From an uncultured delta proteobacterium (GTDB taxonomy: Bacteria; Myxococcota_A; Polyangia; Polyangiales; Polyangiaceae): 64,000 bases of DNA. The DNA lies in the NCBI GenBank assembly GCA_963696385.1, contig CAVOKF010000007.1, positions 64,001 through 128,000 on the forward strand, written 5' to 3'. The notes under the pieces were generated by a model. The model searched no databases, was not told the origin of the DNA, and saw nothing but the letters and a program-made list of their open reading frames with translations. The position numbers were made by a program, and so were the translations under genes. Of this stretch, positions 44,761 to 55,054 are shown one piece after another. How positions within the stretch are numbered: the stretch's first letter is position 1; each line of letters starts with the position of its first letter.

Positions 44761-45689
44761 CGCGGCGCGAGGGCCGCCAGGATTTCGGCCCACTTCGCAT
44801 AAGCGACAAAGTGCCCCTCTGCCGAGACAAACGTCGCGTGGCAGCCGGGAATGGTCGCCGCGAGGTAGCGCCCCATGGCGACGGGTGTCGAGACGTCGAG
44901 CTCACCGTGCCAGAGATGGACCGGCACCCGGATATCCTCGAGACGAAACCCCCACGGGCCCGCCGCGAGCGCCAGTTCGGTCGCAAACGCCGTGGGCCCC
45001 TGTCGAAACGACTCCCGTTTCATCGCGGCGTACGGTTCGGCGATCCGCGCGAGGATGGCCTTGTCGCAGTCGGGAACGTCGGCGCTCATCACGCGTTGGA
45101 CTCCGCGCGGTCCGAGCAGGCGAAGCAGGGGCACCGCGTACGGAGCCAGCGGGAGCACGCCGTACATGAGGCGGCGCCGCAACGTCATCGAGCGACGCAC
45201 TCCGGGTGCGTCCAGAGGACAGACGACGCCCAGCATGCCCACCGAGCGGACCCGCCTCGGAAGCGCGATCGCACACGCCGCAAGATACGGACCCGCGCCT
45301 GACATGCCCGCGATCGCGAACGAGTCGATGCCCATCGCATCCGCCACGCGGGCGACGTCGGCCGGCCAATCGACGATGCGCCTGCCCGGCTGCGGCGAGC
45401 TCATGCCAAAGCCGGGGCGTTCGAGCACGATGGCCCGGGCGCCCGCTTCGCCCGTGGCAGCGACGTCCGGTAGGGGCGTCAACCGGGAGCACGGGATTCC
45501 AGGAAAGACGAGGAGCGGCCAGCCGCGGGGATCCCCAGTCTCGCGCACGCCGATCCGTCTTCCGTCGGGCAGCCGGACCAGCGAGCCGGTAGCGTCGGAC
45601 AGGGGCTGGACGCGGGGCTCGTGCGGCGCAGGGTGTATCGAGCCGTAGGGTGTCATTTCCACACGTTCAGCGGGCGCCGTAAGTGTCAC
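44757..45689 (-). CDS. Alpha/beta hydrolase
   Basis: RPGFG.S, GMSGAG nucleophile elbow, WHGELD, GH; start uncertain. Confidence 0.88.
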   Translation of the reverse strand: MTLTAPAERVEMTPYGSIHPAPHEPRVQPLSDATGSLVRLPDGRRIGVRETGDPRGWPLLVFPGIPCSRLTPLPDVAATGEAGARAIVLERPGFGMSSPQPGRRIVDWPADVARVADAMGIDSFAIAGMSGAGPYLAACAIALPRRVRSVGMLGVVCPLDAPGVRRSMTLRRRLMYGVLPLAPYAVPLLRLLGPRGVQRVMSADVPDCDKAILARIAEPYAAMKRESFRQGPTAFATELALAAGPWGFRLEDIRVPVHLWHGELDVSTPVAMGRYLAATIPGCHATFVSAEGHFVAYAKWAEILAALAPR

Positions 45690-45823
45690 TTTGTTGCGGA
45701 ACGAAGCTGCTGCGCCGGCGTCATCGAGTCAAACATGGCCGCGACCCCCCTCACCCCATAGCCGGCATCGCGCGGTGCGGTGGACCTGTCTCTGCAGAAC
45801 TCACGTTTACGTCGCTGTGGTTC

Positions 45824-46744
45824 TCACTCAAGTCGGCGCGCTTCGGTGATCGCGACGATCTCGTCGCGGGTCAGCGCGAGCTTGCGTGCCGCCCAGTTGT
45901 CTTCCAGGTGCGCCACGGTGCTCGTGCCGGGGATGGGCAGTATCGCGGGCGAGCGAGCCAGCAGCCACGCGATCGCGACCTGCGTTTCCGACACGCCGCG
46001 TGAGGCGGCAATCTTCCTGATGGCCGGTCGCTCGACGGGGCTTGGCCCCGGAACGTTCAGCGGAAAGTACGGCAGGTACGCGATCCCCTGCTCGGTGCAG
46101 AACGCGATGATCTCCTCCTGCCCCGCCGTGTTGCCGAGCCAGCTCTCGCCCAGCTTCTCACCGCTCGCTGCCGCGTTGTACAGGTTCTCGACCGTGACGA
46201 TCGGCGTCTTGCGGAGCGCCTCCTGGATCTGCGCGAGCGTCACGTTGCTCAGGCCCAGGTGGCGAATCTTGCCTTCGCTCTTAAGCGTGATCATCGCGTC
46301 CAGCGCCTCGCCGAACGTCACGGCGGCGCCATGCGGGAGCCACCGCAGATGCACGATATCGAGGTGGTCGCGCCCGAGGGTGCGCAGGTCGTGTTCGCAG
46401 CCCTTGCGGAGCTCCTCGGGCCGTAGGTACGAGACCCAGCCCTTGTCCTCCGTCCTTCGCCCGCCGAGCTTGGTCGCGAGGACGAGCCCCGCCTTGTACG
46501 GGTGCAGGATCTCCTTGATGAGTTCGTTCGAGACGTACGGGCCGTAGTACCAGGACGTGTCGATGAGGTTGATGCCCAGGTCGATCACGCGGCGCAGGAC
46601 GGCGCGCGCCGCCGCGGGATCGCGCGGCGGCCCGTAGACCATGGGCCCCGGCAACTGCATGGCGCCGAAGCCGAGGCGGAACACGTCCAGATCCCCGAGG
46701 CGGATCGTCTCCGGCAAGTGGGCAAACGAAGTCACGGCACACAT
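45824..46744 (-). CDS. Aldo/keto reductase
   Basis: RLGFGAM, IDTS.YYG, GKIRHLGLSN, PIPGT...HLEDN. Confidence 0.92.
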   Translation of the reverse strand: MCAVTSFAHLPETIRLGDLDVFRLGFGAMQLPGPMVYGPPRDPAAARAVLRRVIDLGINLIDTSWYYGPYVSNELIKEILHPYKAGLVLATKLGGRRTEDKGWVSYLRPEELRKGCEHDLRTLGRDHLDIVHLRWLPHGAAVTFGEALDAMITLKSEGKIRHLGLSNVTLAQIQEALRKTPIVTVENLYNAAASGEKLGESWLGNTAGQEEIIAFCTEQGIAYLPYFPLNVPGPSPVERPAIRKIAASRGVSETQVAIAWLLARSPAILPIPGTSTVAHLEDNWAARKLALTRDEIVAITEARRLE

Positions 46745-47131
46745 CCTGGCACGGCAGGAGGGAAACGAAAAGCAGCGGCGCCCGGGGCGCATGACGTCGA
46801 ACGGACGACGGCTTGCACGATCGCGAGCATCGCGGCGATGCTTCGCGCCGGCCGCAGTCCCGGTACGACCTCAGCCCGAGGGGCTTTCTTCAGGACCGAG
46901 ACGAACTTCGTTGCTCCACGCGTGCGCGATGGCCACCGCGAGCGAGGCCTGCCGCCGCGGCGGGACCGAGCCGCGTGGCGCGATCCAGCCGGACGACAGG
47001 CATCGGCTGCGCGCAATCGAGCGCTGTCCCGTCGGCCAACGCGCTTTGCGTTTGCTTCTCGCCTCGTGGCTCCGGGAAGGCCCGGGAGAAGGCACCGAGC
47101 GACGGCCCTGGTAGAATCCCACCGATCGCCC

Positions 47132-47884
47132 ATGGACCTGGCCCGCCTAATCACGATTCCGCTCAGTCATTACTGCGAAAAGGCTCGCTGGGTGCTCGAC
47201 GCCACCGGCGTGGGCTATCGCGAGGATCCGCACGCACCTCTGGTGCATCTTCGGGCGACGCGCGCGGTGGGAGGCAGGACCGTGCCCGTGCTCGTGCACG
47301 GCGACGTCGTCCTGCTCGATTCGAGCGAAATCGCTCGCCATGCAGACGCCCTCGCACCGCCCGAGCAACGGCTCATCCCCGCCGCACCGGCAGAGCGCGC
47401 GCGTGTTCTTGCTCTCGAGGACGACTTCGATGAGACCCTCGGCGTGGACGCGCGCCTGATCTCATACTGGCATCAGCTTCGTGACCCCGAACGGGCGTGC
47501 GCCCTGGTCGGCGCGATGATGCGCCTACGTTCACGACTCGCCCAGCGCGTCGCCGCATCGCTCTTCCGACGGCTCATCTTCCGCAAGTACAGGATTGACG
47601 AGCTGGCGGCACGGCGCGCCGAGGCGCGCGTTCGTTCGCTCTTTGAACGTCTCGCCCATGCGGTCGACCAGGAGCCGTACCTGGTTGGAGGACGCTTCAC
47701 GCTGGCCGACCTGACGCTCGCGGCGCTGTCGGCCCCCTTGCTTGCGCCGCCGGAGCACCCGCTCATGGGTCGACTCCGGGCGGCGCCTCCGCCCGCGCTC
47801 GCAGCGCTTCGTGCCGAGCTCTCGGCCATGCCCGTCGGTCGGCGGGTGCTCCGACTGTACGCCCAACACCGCAGACCCGCCTAG
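47132..47884 (+). CDS. Glutathione S-transferase-family protein
   Basis: SHYCEKARWVLD, TVPVL, DSSEI, FTLADLT. Confidence 0.88.
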   Translation: MDLARLITIPLSHYCEKARWVLDATGVGYREDPHAPLVHLRATRAVGGRTVPVLVHGDVVLLDSSEIARHADALAPPEQRLIPAAPAERARVLALEDDFDETLGVDARLISYWHQLRDPERACALVGAMMRLRSRLAQRVAASLFRRLIFRKYRIDELAARRAEARVRSLFERLAHAVDQEPYLVGGRFTLADLTLAALSAPLLAPPEHPLMGRLRAAPPPALAALRAELSAMPVGRRVLRLYAQHRRPA

Positions 47885-48246
47885 GACCTCGACACCTCGG
47901 TCTCGATCGTTGGCGGCCGCAGGGAGCGGCGGGAATTCCTGCGAGCGAGATCTTGACCGAATCCCGGAACGCAAGCTGAAGTCCGGGCGCAATGATCGCC
48001 GCGAAATCGGCTTCGATTCGGAGCCCCGGTCAACGATGAGAGACGGGACGAGTCCGTAGCAAAGGCGCCGGGACGGCGCCAAGGCGGAGCCAGTAACGAA
48101 GCCCGCGGTGTTTGCGCTCCTGCGCTACGCTTCGCATGTGCCCGAGCCGAGATGATGTCGCCTCCCGATTTCCTCGTGCGAAAGCCCGTGCCTTCCCAAC
48201 GAACCTGCGATTGAATGCGGCGTCGAGAATCCGAGGAGGCCGTACC

Positions 48247-49008
48247 ATGGGTGGATTCGTGCCCTATGTCGTCCGCAAAAACGATTACCTGGCGAAAATC
48301 GCCTACAAGTTGGGGTTCGACCCCGACTCGGTGTGGAACGACGCAAGCAACGACGACCTCAGGAAGCTTCGGCCTGACCCCAATCAGCTCCTCGCCGGGG
48401 ACTTGTTGCACATCCCGGATCCGGGCGACAACCCGCCGCCGGTGCACACGCTGAACGTCGGCACGAGCAACACGTTCGTCTCTCCGGACCCGCCCACCGT
48501 CACGGTGAATCAAACATTCGAAGACGGCGACGCGGACACGTACACACGCAAGGCTTACACCATCACGGAGCTGCCGGAGCAAACGGGACTGTCTACGGGC
48601 GACGATGGCACGGCCACCTTTACGGTGCCCGTCTCGCTGGACCAGGTGACGCTCGTGTTCACCGACAGCGGCGAGTCGTGGGTCATCGTCGTAGGGGGCA
48701 TCGATCCCGTCGACTCGACGTCCGGAATGTTCAAACGGCTGCAGAACCTGCACTACATCGCCGTCGACGAGAGTTACGACCTCGACAACCAGTCGAACAA
48801 CATCGAGCTCCTGCGTCAGGGCTTACGGCGCCTTCAGGCCGCTTCCGGCTTGACCTCAGGCGCTTCCAGCTTGCCGCCAGCCAACGGCGGTGACAACTCG
48901 GCGGCAGACAGCGAAGCGCCTTCGGTGCTCGAAACGGGCGGGCTCTCGGACGACGGAACGCTCGATGCCGACACCCGCACGCTGTTGGTCAACGCGCACG
49001 GGTGCTGA
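48247..49008 (+). CDS. LysM-domain protein with a C-terminal peptidoglycan-binding-like domain
   Basis: YVV..NDYLAKIAY..G, PNQL.AGD.L.IPD; IDPVD..SG..KRLQNL.Y ... G.LDADTR..L. Confidence 0.72.
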   Translation: MGGFVPYVVRKNDYLAKIAYKLGFDPDSVWNDASNDDLRKLRPDPNQLLAGDLLHIPDPGDNPPPVHTLNVGTSNTFVSPDPPTVTVNQTFEDGDADTYTRKAYTITELPEQTGLSTGDDGTATFTVPVSLDQVTLVFTDSGESWVIVVGGIDPVDSTSGMFKRLQNLHYIAVDESYDLDNQSNNIELLRQGLRRLQAASGLTSGASSLPPANGGDNSAADSEAPSVLETGGLSDDGTLDADTRTLLVNAHGC

Positions 49009-49028
49009 ACTCGTCGCTCGTTGCCGCG

Positions 49029-50060
49029 TCAGGGTTGCACCGATGCTAGGGCCCGATCGCAGCACGGCACCTTTTGTGCCGCCCATAGGCGCGACCGGCC
49101 ACCGTCACGCTCTCGTTCAATCCAGAGCCACTCGGCACCATCGTCGGCGACCGGGCCGTCCTCTCCGACCATTCGGTTCCCGTCTACGTACGACCACCGA
49201 GGTTGCGCCAAGCCGCGCGCCGCGTTGCCCGTATAGACGCAGCGCCCGTCGGCGACGAAATCCGCTCCGAAGCCGGGGTCGTTGTCGGCCGGGGGGAGCT
49301 GCGTGAGTTTCCATGCTGCGACGTCGAACAAAAACGCGCGCGAGTCGCGCCCCATGAACGGCATGGGCGGTCCCTCGTGCCACGTCACGAGCGGCAGGTT
49401 GGCCACCGCGCCCAGGTCGCGCGGGATTCGCTGGCAGATATCCCCCGGACACTGCGGCACGTCGCGCAGCGCATGCGTCTCCAGGTTCAACGCCCACACG
49501 TCACTCGCCGATGCGCCGAAGATCCAGGGATACGAGACCACCATTCGCTCGGCTTGTTTGCGGACCGACGCCACGTGCCTCGTCGCGTTCGATTCCGGCC
49601 AATGCATCGCCACGAGCTCTCCGCTCGCGCGCAGTACGTAGAGGTCCGCCGGTCCAAGGGCGGCGGCAAACGCGTCGGACGCGAGCAGAGACCTGCCGCG
49701 ACCGTCGCTGTCCGATCCCAGGAGCTCGTGCGAGGCGACCCACGCAAGACGGCCACGGCGAACGAAGAACGATCCGGTCGGGTGTGGTCCGCTCGGCCCG
49801 AGGACCGAAACCGTGGCCTGTGCACCGTCGGTCTCGGCCCCGACGCGAAAGAAGCGTTCACGCGGGGTGATACCGAAGATCCCTTCCGTGGTTCCCACGA
49901 GCGACACTGCGCCTTCGTCGGGCAGCTCGGCGACGACTCGCGGAGCGCAGTCGCGGGACATCAAGGCCCCGTCCTTCGGCGACGGAAGCGCGCCGGAGGC
50001 GACGGGCACAGAGGACGTTTCGTGCCGACCCGAAAAGGCGATGATCGGCAGAACGCACAT
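49029..50060 (-). CDS. Hypothetical exported beta-rich (propeller-like) protein
   Basis: Hydrophobic N-terminus, repeated short strands, several Cys; start uncertain. Confidence 0.5.
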   Translation of the reverse strand: MCVLPIIAFSGRHETSSVPVASGALPSPKDGALMSRDCAPRVVAELPDEGAVSLVGTTEGIFGITPRERFFRVGAETDGAQATVSVLGPSGPHPTGSFFVRRGRLAWVASHELLGSDSDGRGRSLLASDAFAAALGPADLYVLRASGELVAMHWPESNATRHVASVRKQAERMVVSYPWIFGASASDVWALNLETHALRDVPQCPGDICQRIPRDLGAVANLPLVTWHEGPPMPFMGRDSRAFLFDVAAWKLTQLPPADNDPGFGADFVADGRCVYTGNAARGLAQPRWSYVDGNRMVGEDGPVADDGAEWLWIERERDGGRSRLWAAQKVPCCDRALASVQP

Positions 50061-50244
50061 CCCGACGAGGGCCCCGATTCGAAGCGCGAGTCCCAGCCGA
50101 TTGGAGGCCGTGCTTCAATCCGAGACGTCCGCGCCCCGCACCGCCGGAAGGGTAACGGCTCGGCGCCAACAGGCAAGTCTCCGCGCCTCCGCGAGTGCTG
50201 GCATGCTAGCATTCAGCAAAGCGGCAGGGCACGAGGGCTCGACC

Positions 50245-51531
50245 ATGGGAAGCAAACCTTCCTCCTTCTATCCGGCTCCGGCACCTCCCTACTCGCCGCC
50301 GCCCCCACCGCCGCCAACTCCGAATCCGGGGCCGCCCGCGCCCCCTCGGACGATCCAAAACGCTCCGAATTCGCCGAATACCGCACGACCGGCGTGCCCC
50401 GCGACGTATACGTCCGAGCGACGAACGTCGTTCACCAATCTCGTCGCCCTCGTCGTTGCCGCCGAGGACGCGCTCACGAAGAGCGGAATCACGTCCGTCA
50501 AAGACCAGGTCCACGCTCTACGCGGGGTCTATTACGGCACTTTGTGGAGTCTCGATTATGCTGGTACTCCATCGTCGCCCGGTGAGAAGAGTCTCACGCG
50601 CAATGAAGGTTTCAATCATTTCACACGCCCGTCAGTCTCGGACGTCGCTTCAACCGTTCCGCCGGACGTGAGGCCGATTCTCTGCTGCGGCCTCTTCGAG
50701 GCGCTTTATAACAACCAGGATTGGTACGACGACGCCACGGGCCGCGCGCTCGATTTTGGCCACGTAGTCATCGGGCTCGACGCGCGATACGACTCCGCTG
50801 CCATTTCCCCGAACGTGACCTACGCTGCCCAGGTGATGGGCGTGACCGTGAAGACCATCGACATGGGCGGCTCGGGGTTCGAGGTCGTCACTTGGTTGGG
50901 GGATCTCGGAGGCGGCGGCGGGAGCCTTTCTCGCATCCGCGGGGACGGCGCGCCGGCACGAGGAGATATCCTGTCAGCAGTCTTTGCGAAGGATCCGCCC
51001 CACAATTCGGACTACGGCGGATTCATCAACCTCGAAGGAGACATCGGCGCCGCGGTGGTGGGCTCCGGGGGGACCACGCTCAGCGTGCCATCGATCGGTG
51101 GTCGCTTGTCCGACGCGCTTCGGTCGTATGTGACCCCTGGTCCCACGTGGGATTCGCGGGCCAAGACATTTCTGACGATGTATGGCGCAACATTCGACGC
51201 CTCGGGAGCCCTGACGAATCGCAGCACCCTCGTCTCGTCGATGTCCGCCAAGATCGCGGCGTTTTCTTGCAACTACCTCGCCTCACGAGTCAACGACGGG
51301 CGCCTCACGCTCGCGCAGGGGAAGGCGGGAGCCTACCACGTCGTCGGCGTCGCCAGCGAGGTTGCGGGGGTATTTCTCGATGCTCTCGTTGCCGCGGAGG
51401 CACCGGGAACGAAGATTGACGCGAACAACGCATCCATCACCATTCCGTCGCCGTCGCCGAAAGCCGCGTCTCAGTCCTGCCAGGAGCAAATCGACAACGC
51501 GTCTTGGGGGCGGTGGATCCCGGGTAATTGA
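50245..51531 (+). CDS. Hypothetical protein with a Pro-rich N-terminus and an enzyme-like domain (candidate effector)
   Basis: 428-aa ORF; LRGVYYGT.WS.D, DFGH..IGLDAR, TWLGDLG, NLEGD motifs. Confidence 0.65.
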   Translation: MGSKPSSFYPAPAPPYSPPPPPPPTPNPGPPAPPRTIQNAPNSPNTARPACPATYTSERRTSFTNLVALVVAAEDALTKSGITSVKDQVHALRGVYYGTLWSLDYAGTPSSPGEKSLTRNEGFNHFTRPSVSDVASTVPPDVRPILCCGLFEALYNNQDWYDDATGRALDFGHVVIGLDARYDSAAISPNVTYAAQVMGVTVKTIDMGGSGFEVVTWLGDLGGGGGSLSRIRGDGAPARGDILSAVFAKDPPHNSDYGGFINLEGDIGAAVVGSGGTTLSVPSIGGRLSDALRSYVTPGPTWDSRAKTFLTMYGATFDASGALTNRSTLVSSMSAKIAAFSCNYLASRVNDGRLTLAQGKAGAYHVVGVASEVAGVFLDALVAAEAPGTKIDANNASITIPSPSPKAASQSCQEQIDNASWGRWIPGN

Positions 51532-51850
51532 GCGGGCCGTGCAGTCGGAGAGCGGGCAAGCCAAAAGCATGCAGACGCCCGCGGCACCAGCGAACGGCCC
51601 GGCAAGCTTAGCTGCTAGGGCCCCGAACTGCACGTCCGCGAGGTCGAGGCTCGCATAGTGGGTGGAGCGGCTCGGAGTCGAGTCGTCGATCGCAGGAGGC
51701 GCGCCGCATCGACAGGTTGAGGCGCGAGGACTCCGAGCTCCGCTACCACCTCCGGGGGCGGAGGCATCGCATGGCCTCGCCCGGCCGGCTTCTTCCTGCG
51801 CGCTGAGGCGATGCGCGCGTGCGTGTGGCCTCGATGCTACTGTTCCCGGG

Positions 51851-52474
51851 GTGTTGCTCACGGATGGTCCCCTCACGTTGCACGAGTTCATGACCCACGA
51901 GACGGTGCCTCTCGCGGCGATCTTTCGCGAGGTTCTCGCCCAACTCGCGATGAGGCCGGACGCCGTTGTCTTCGGCGCCCACGCTGTGAACGCGTACTGC
52001 GAGCCCGAACGGATGACGGCGGACGTCGATATCCTTTCCACCGATGCGTCGGGTCTCGCCGAGAGAATTCGCGGTACCTTGGCCGAGAAGTTTCACATCG
52101 CAACACGTGTAAAGGAACCCGTCGCCGGCCATTTTCGAGTGTACCAGCTAAGGGCACCAAAGAACCGACACCTGGTCGACGTGCGTGCGGTGCGAATTTT
52201 GCCACCTTACCGCGCTGTCGAGGGGGTGCAGGTGATCGAGCCCGCCGAGCTGGCCGCCATGAAGGCGATCAGCATGACCGCCCGCGGCGGCCAGGAGAAG
52301 GGTCTGTCCGACCGCCTCGACCTGCACCGTCTCTTGCGAGCCTTTCCCGATCTGCGTATCGACGAAGGGGCCGTCGCAGAAAGGATGCGTGCGCTGGGTG
52401 CGGGCGAAGCCGTACTCGCTGCCTGGCGGGAGGTGGTCGCACGGCCGCTCGCGGTGGACGACGACGAGGCCTAG
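51851..52474 (+). CDS. Nucleotidyltransferase, AbiEii/DUF6036-like
   Basis: FGAHAVNAY..P.RMTADVDI, L.AMK, DRLDL..L. Confidence 0.78.
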   Translation: MLLTDGPLTLHEFMTHETVPLAAIFREVLAQLAMRPDAVVFGAHAVNAYCEPERMTADVDILSTDASGLAERIRGTLAEKFHIATRVKEPVAGHFRVYQLRAPKNRHLVDVRAVRILPPYRAVEGVQVIEPAELAAMKAISMTARGGQEKGLSDRLDLHRLLRAFPDLRIDEGAVAERMRALGAGEAVLAAWREVVARPLAVDDDEA

Positions 52475-52672
52475 CGCTTGCCGTCGCGAGCCGGACCGGC
52501 ACCCGCTTTTGTCAACGACCGTCGTGCAAAGTCAAAACATTGCGCCCAGCGCGCATTTCGCTCAGCGGGCAACAACGCTACCGAGCGAAGCCCCAGGAAA
52601 TCACGTCGGTCGAGCGCCAGGCGGCAAGGCGGGCGTACCCAGCGCAGGCTGGGTACCGTTCAACGGGGCGCT
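52475..52672. repeat. Dispersed MITE/REP-like element, copy C
   Basis: Aligns with copies A and B; ends GGGTACCGTTCAACGGGGCGCT. Confidence 0.75.
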
Positions 52673-52676
52673 CGGC

Positions 52677-54185
52677 TCAGTGTACGTGGGCGACGCCGCG
52701 ATAAACTTTACCGTAGGTCGGCCCGACCAGGACTCGAAACGACTCGTTGGCCGCCTCGCCCGCCGTCGTGGCGTCGATCCGGTCGGCGATCTCGACGACC
52801 TTGTTCGGATCGGCTCCGTTGTCGCCCGAGGTGCTCGACGTCGACGTCGTGGCCCACAGCGTCACGCGGTCCCCTTCGACGATGCCCGTCAGGTTGCGCA
52901 GACCGATCGTCGTCACATCGGGCCACGGTCCGTCCGCACCGTCCAGGTTGCTGTCCACCGTGCCGATCAGGCCCGCGGTCAGCACGTAATCGAGCTGCCA
53001 CACGCCGTCGACCAGGCTCCACTTCTCGAGTCCCGCGTGGCTCGCTGCGTCGAGGGCACTTCCCGTGCCCTCATCGGTCACATACAGCGTCGTGGGGTTG
53101 GCGAAGAATACGGCGAAGGGCGTGAAGTTGCCGCCGGTCGCCTTGGCGGAATCGGTCGGGAAGCCGGGCAGGACGCTGATCGACGTCGAAGCCGCGTCGG
53201 CCACGGTGGGCAGTGTGCTGACGGTGTAAACCGTATCGATGCCGTTGCTGCCGCTGCCTTTGGTGAAGTAGAGCGCTCCGTCGTACTCGGTCACGCCGCG
53301 AAAATTGTTGTCTTTGCCGGCCTTGTCGAGCTTGGTGCCGAACGTGAGCTGCCTGAGCGGGTCGACTTCCGCCGAGTTGTTGGCTGGAATCGCCACCTTC
53401 GACGACCGTCCGTCGATGGGCGTCACGACCTCGAGGCCCGTGGTCTCGGTGACGTCGGGGTCGGTGCCGTTCGGAGCGAAGGTCGTGGCATTGCCGTTAT
53501 TGGCGTTGCCGACTGCATAGTAAAGCCCATTGGATCCCAGGAGCGCCGACCGGCCGTTATTGCCTCCATAATCGATCGTGGGCGTATAGCGAAGGTGTCC
53601 TTGCTCGTTCACGGACACGATCGTGCGGGCGAAGGCGTAGTTCGAACCGAGCGCAAACGTCACGGGGTTGGTCGGGTCCTGCCCCGCTACTGCGTCGGAG
53701 TTCGACACGTCGAACGCTCCGACTCCGGCGCCGGCATAAGCGACGAACACGAGATGCGCGCCGTCCCCGTCTTTGGCGATGTGCAGGCCGAGCTCCGACT
53801 TGGAGGAGAAACTCGTCGCCACTTCATCGGGCGGCACTGCCAACCGATGCACCACGCGACCGCTGTGCGGCTCGACTTCCACCAGATCGATCGCGGACGT
53901 CACGCCGAAGCTGCCGTCGACCGTTGCATTGTTCCAGACGTGCACGTAGTCGTTGCCGGCGATCGCTGGCGTGGTCGCCGTCGCCGTGTTGGGAAGCGGC
54001 GTACCGACGGTCAGCGATGCGACGGCGCCCTGGAACCTATCGTACGTGCTCGTGCTGATGACGAGCGCGCCCGGATGCAAAAACGGCCGTTCGGCGCGCG
54101 CGACAGCACTCGACGTGCACAGCACGAACAACCCACAGCCAGAGAGAAAGGCTTGCTTTGCCGCTCGTGAAACGACCATGCGCAT
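52677..54185 (-). CDS. Exported beta-rich protein, function unknown
   Basis: Signal peptide (ARA), about 500 aa, motifs SFSSKSELG, YFTKGSG.NG, LYVTDEG. Confidence 0.7.
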   Translation of the reverse strand: MRMVVSRAAKQAFLSGCGLFVLCTSSAVARAERPFLHPGALVISTSTYDRFQGAVASLTVGTPLPNTATATTPAIAGNDYVHVWNNATVDGSFGVTSAIDLVEVEPHSGRVVHRLAVPPDEVATSFSSKSELGLHIAKDGDGAHLVFVAYAGAGVGAFDVSNSDAVAGQDPTNPVTFALGSNYAFARTIVSVNEQGHLRYTPTIDYGGNNGRSALLGSNGLYYAVGNANNGNATTFAPNGTDPDVTETTGLEVVTPIDGRSSKVAIPANNSAEVDPLRQLTFGTKLDKAGKDNNFRGVTEYDGALYFTKGSGSNGIDTVYTVSTLPTVADAASTSISVLPGFPTDSAKATGGNFTPFAVFFANPTTLYVTDEGTGSALDAASHAGLEKWSLVDGVWQLDYVLTAGLIGTVDSNLDGADGPWPDVTTIGLRNLTGIVEGDRVTLWATTSTSSTSGDNGADPNKVVEIADRIDATTAGEAANESFRVLVGPTYGKVYRGVAHVH

Positions 54186-54607
54186 GGCACCCTCGGTTCG
54201 ATGGTAAAAAGTGAACGTGGAACAGGACAACGGGGACCTCGGGCCCGCGAGGACCTGCGGGCGGGCAGCCTGGTTGTGGCACGTTCGTTTGCGGGGCCGA
54301 ATGCGTTGCATTTCGGTGAAACCTGGGGCCTGGCCCCGGACACCGAGGCGGATCGCGGCCGCACTCGCGAGAGATGTCGAGAGGATCGCGGTGCTACCGC
54401 GCACAAGGCTTCGTTTGACGCGCCGCGCTGGGCCGCCACCGACGGCTCGTTCGCTGGGCCGCTCGGCTCCGCGGAGTTGACAGCGTGTCTAGTATATGAG
54501 ACTCCTGCTCACGCCGGCGATTCGACCCTCCTTCGCCGGGCATCATCCATTAGTGTCCCTGTCTTCGAGATCCGCTGAATCATTCGGAGCTCCTCGAAGA
54601 CGGGACA

Positions 54608-55054
54608 CTAGGCTCGTGCCTCGAGCGTTTTCGAACTTGCTCGCTTGTTGTCCAGCGCGTCGAAAACGGCCATGGCCAGAAGCATCGAGCCGACGAAGGC
54701 AAGGACGGGCGTCTCGCCGGTGACCGCGGAAACAACCGCCGGACCGGGGCAAAAACCGCCGAGTCCCCACCCCATGCCGAAGAGGCTTGCGCCGCCGACG
54801 AGCGATGCGTCGACGGAGGTCGCGGCCGGCAAGGAGAAGGCGGACGCCAAAAGGGGCGCCCCTCGCCTCTTGGCGAACCGAAAGAAGACGAAGCTCACGA
54901 GCAGGCCGCCGGCCATGACCAAGGCGAGGCTCGGGTCCCATGCGCCGGTGAAGTCGAGGAAGGCCAAAATCTTGGACGGGTGCGTCATTCCGGAGATGCC
55001 GAGGCCGACGGCGAAGAGGACGCCGCTCACGTAACTGACGGCCAGCCGGATCAC
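54608..55054 (-). CDS. YeeE/YedE-family sulfur transport membrane protein (DUF6691-like half)
   Basis: GLGISGM..P.KI.AFLD..GAWDPSL, FGMGWGLGGFCPGP. Confidence 0.9.
   Translation of the reverse strand: MIRLAVSYVSGVLFAVGLGISGMTHPSKILAFLDFTGAWDPSLALVMAGGLLVSFVFFRFAKRRGAPLLASAFSLPAATSVDASLVGGASLFGMGWGLGGFCPGPAVVSAVTGETPVLAFVGSMLLAMAVFDALDNKRASSKTLEARA

Noticed and set aside
47890..48240. Hairpin-rich leader before the LysM gene as a riboswitch or ribozyme
   Set aside because: Only a GGCGCCG-GGA-CGGCGCC hairpin is clear; no conserved core I recognise. An Rfam scan would settle it.
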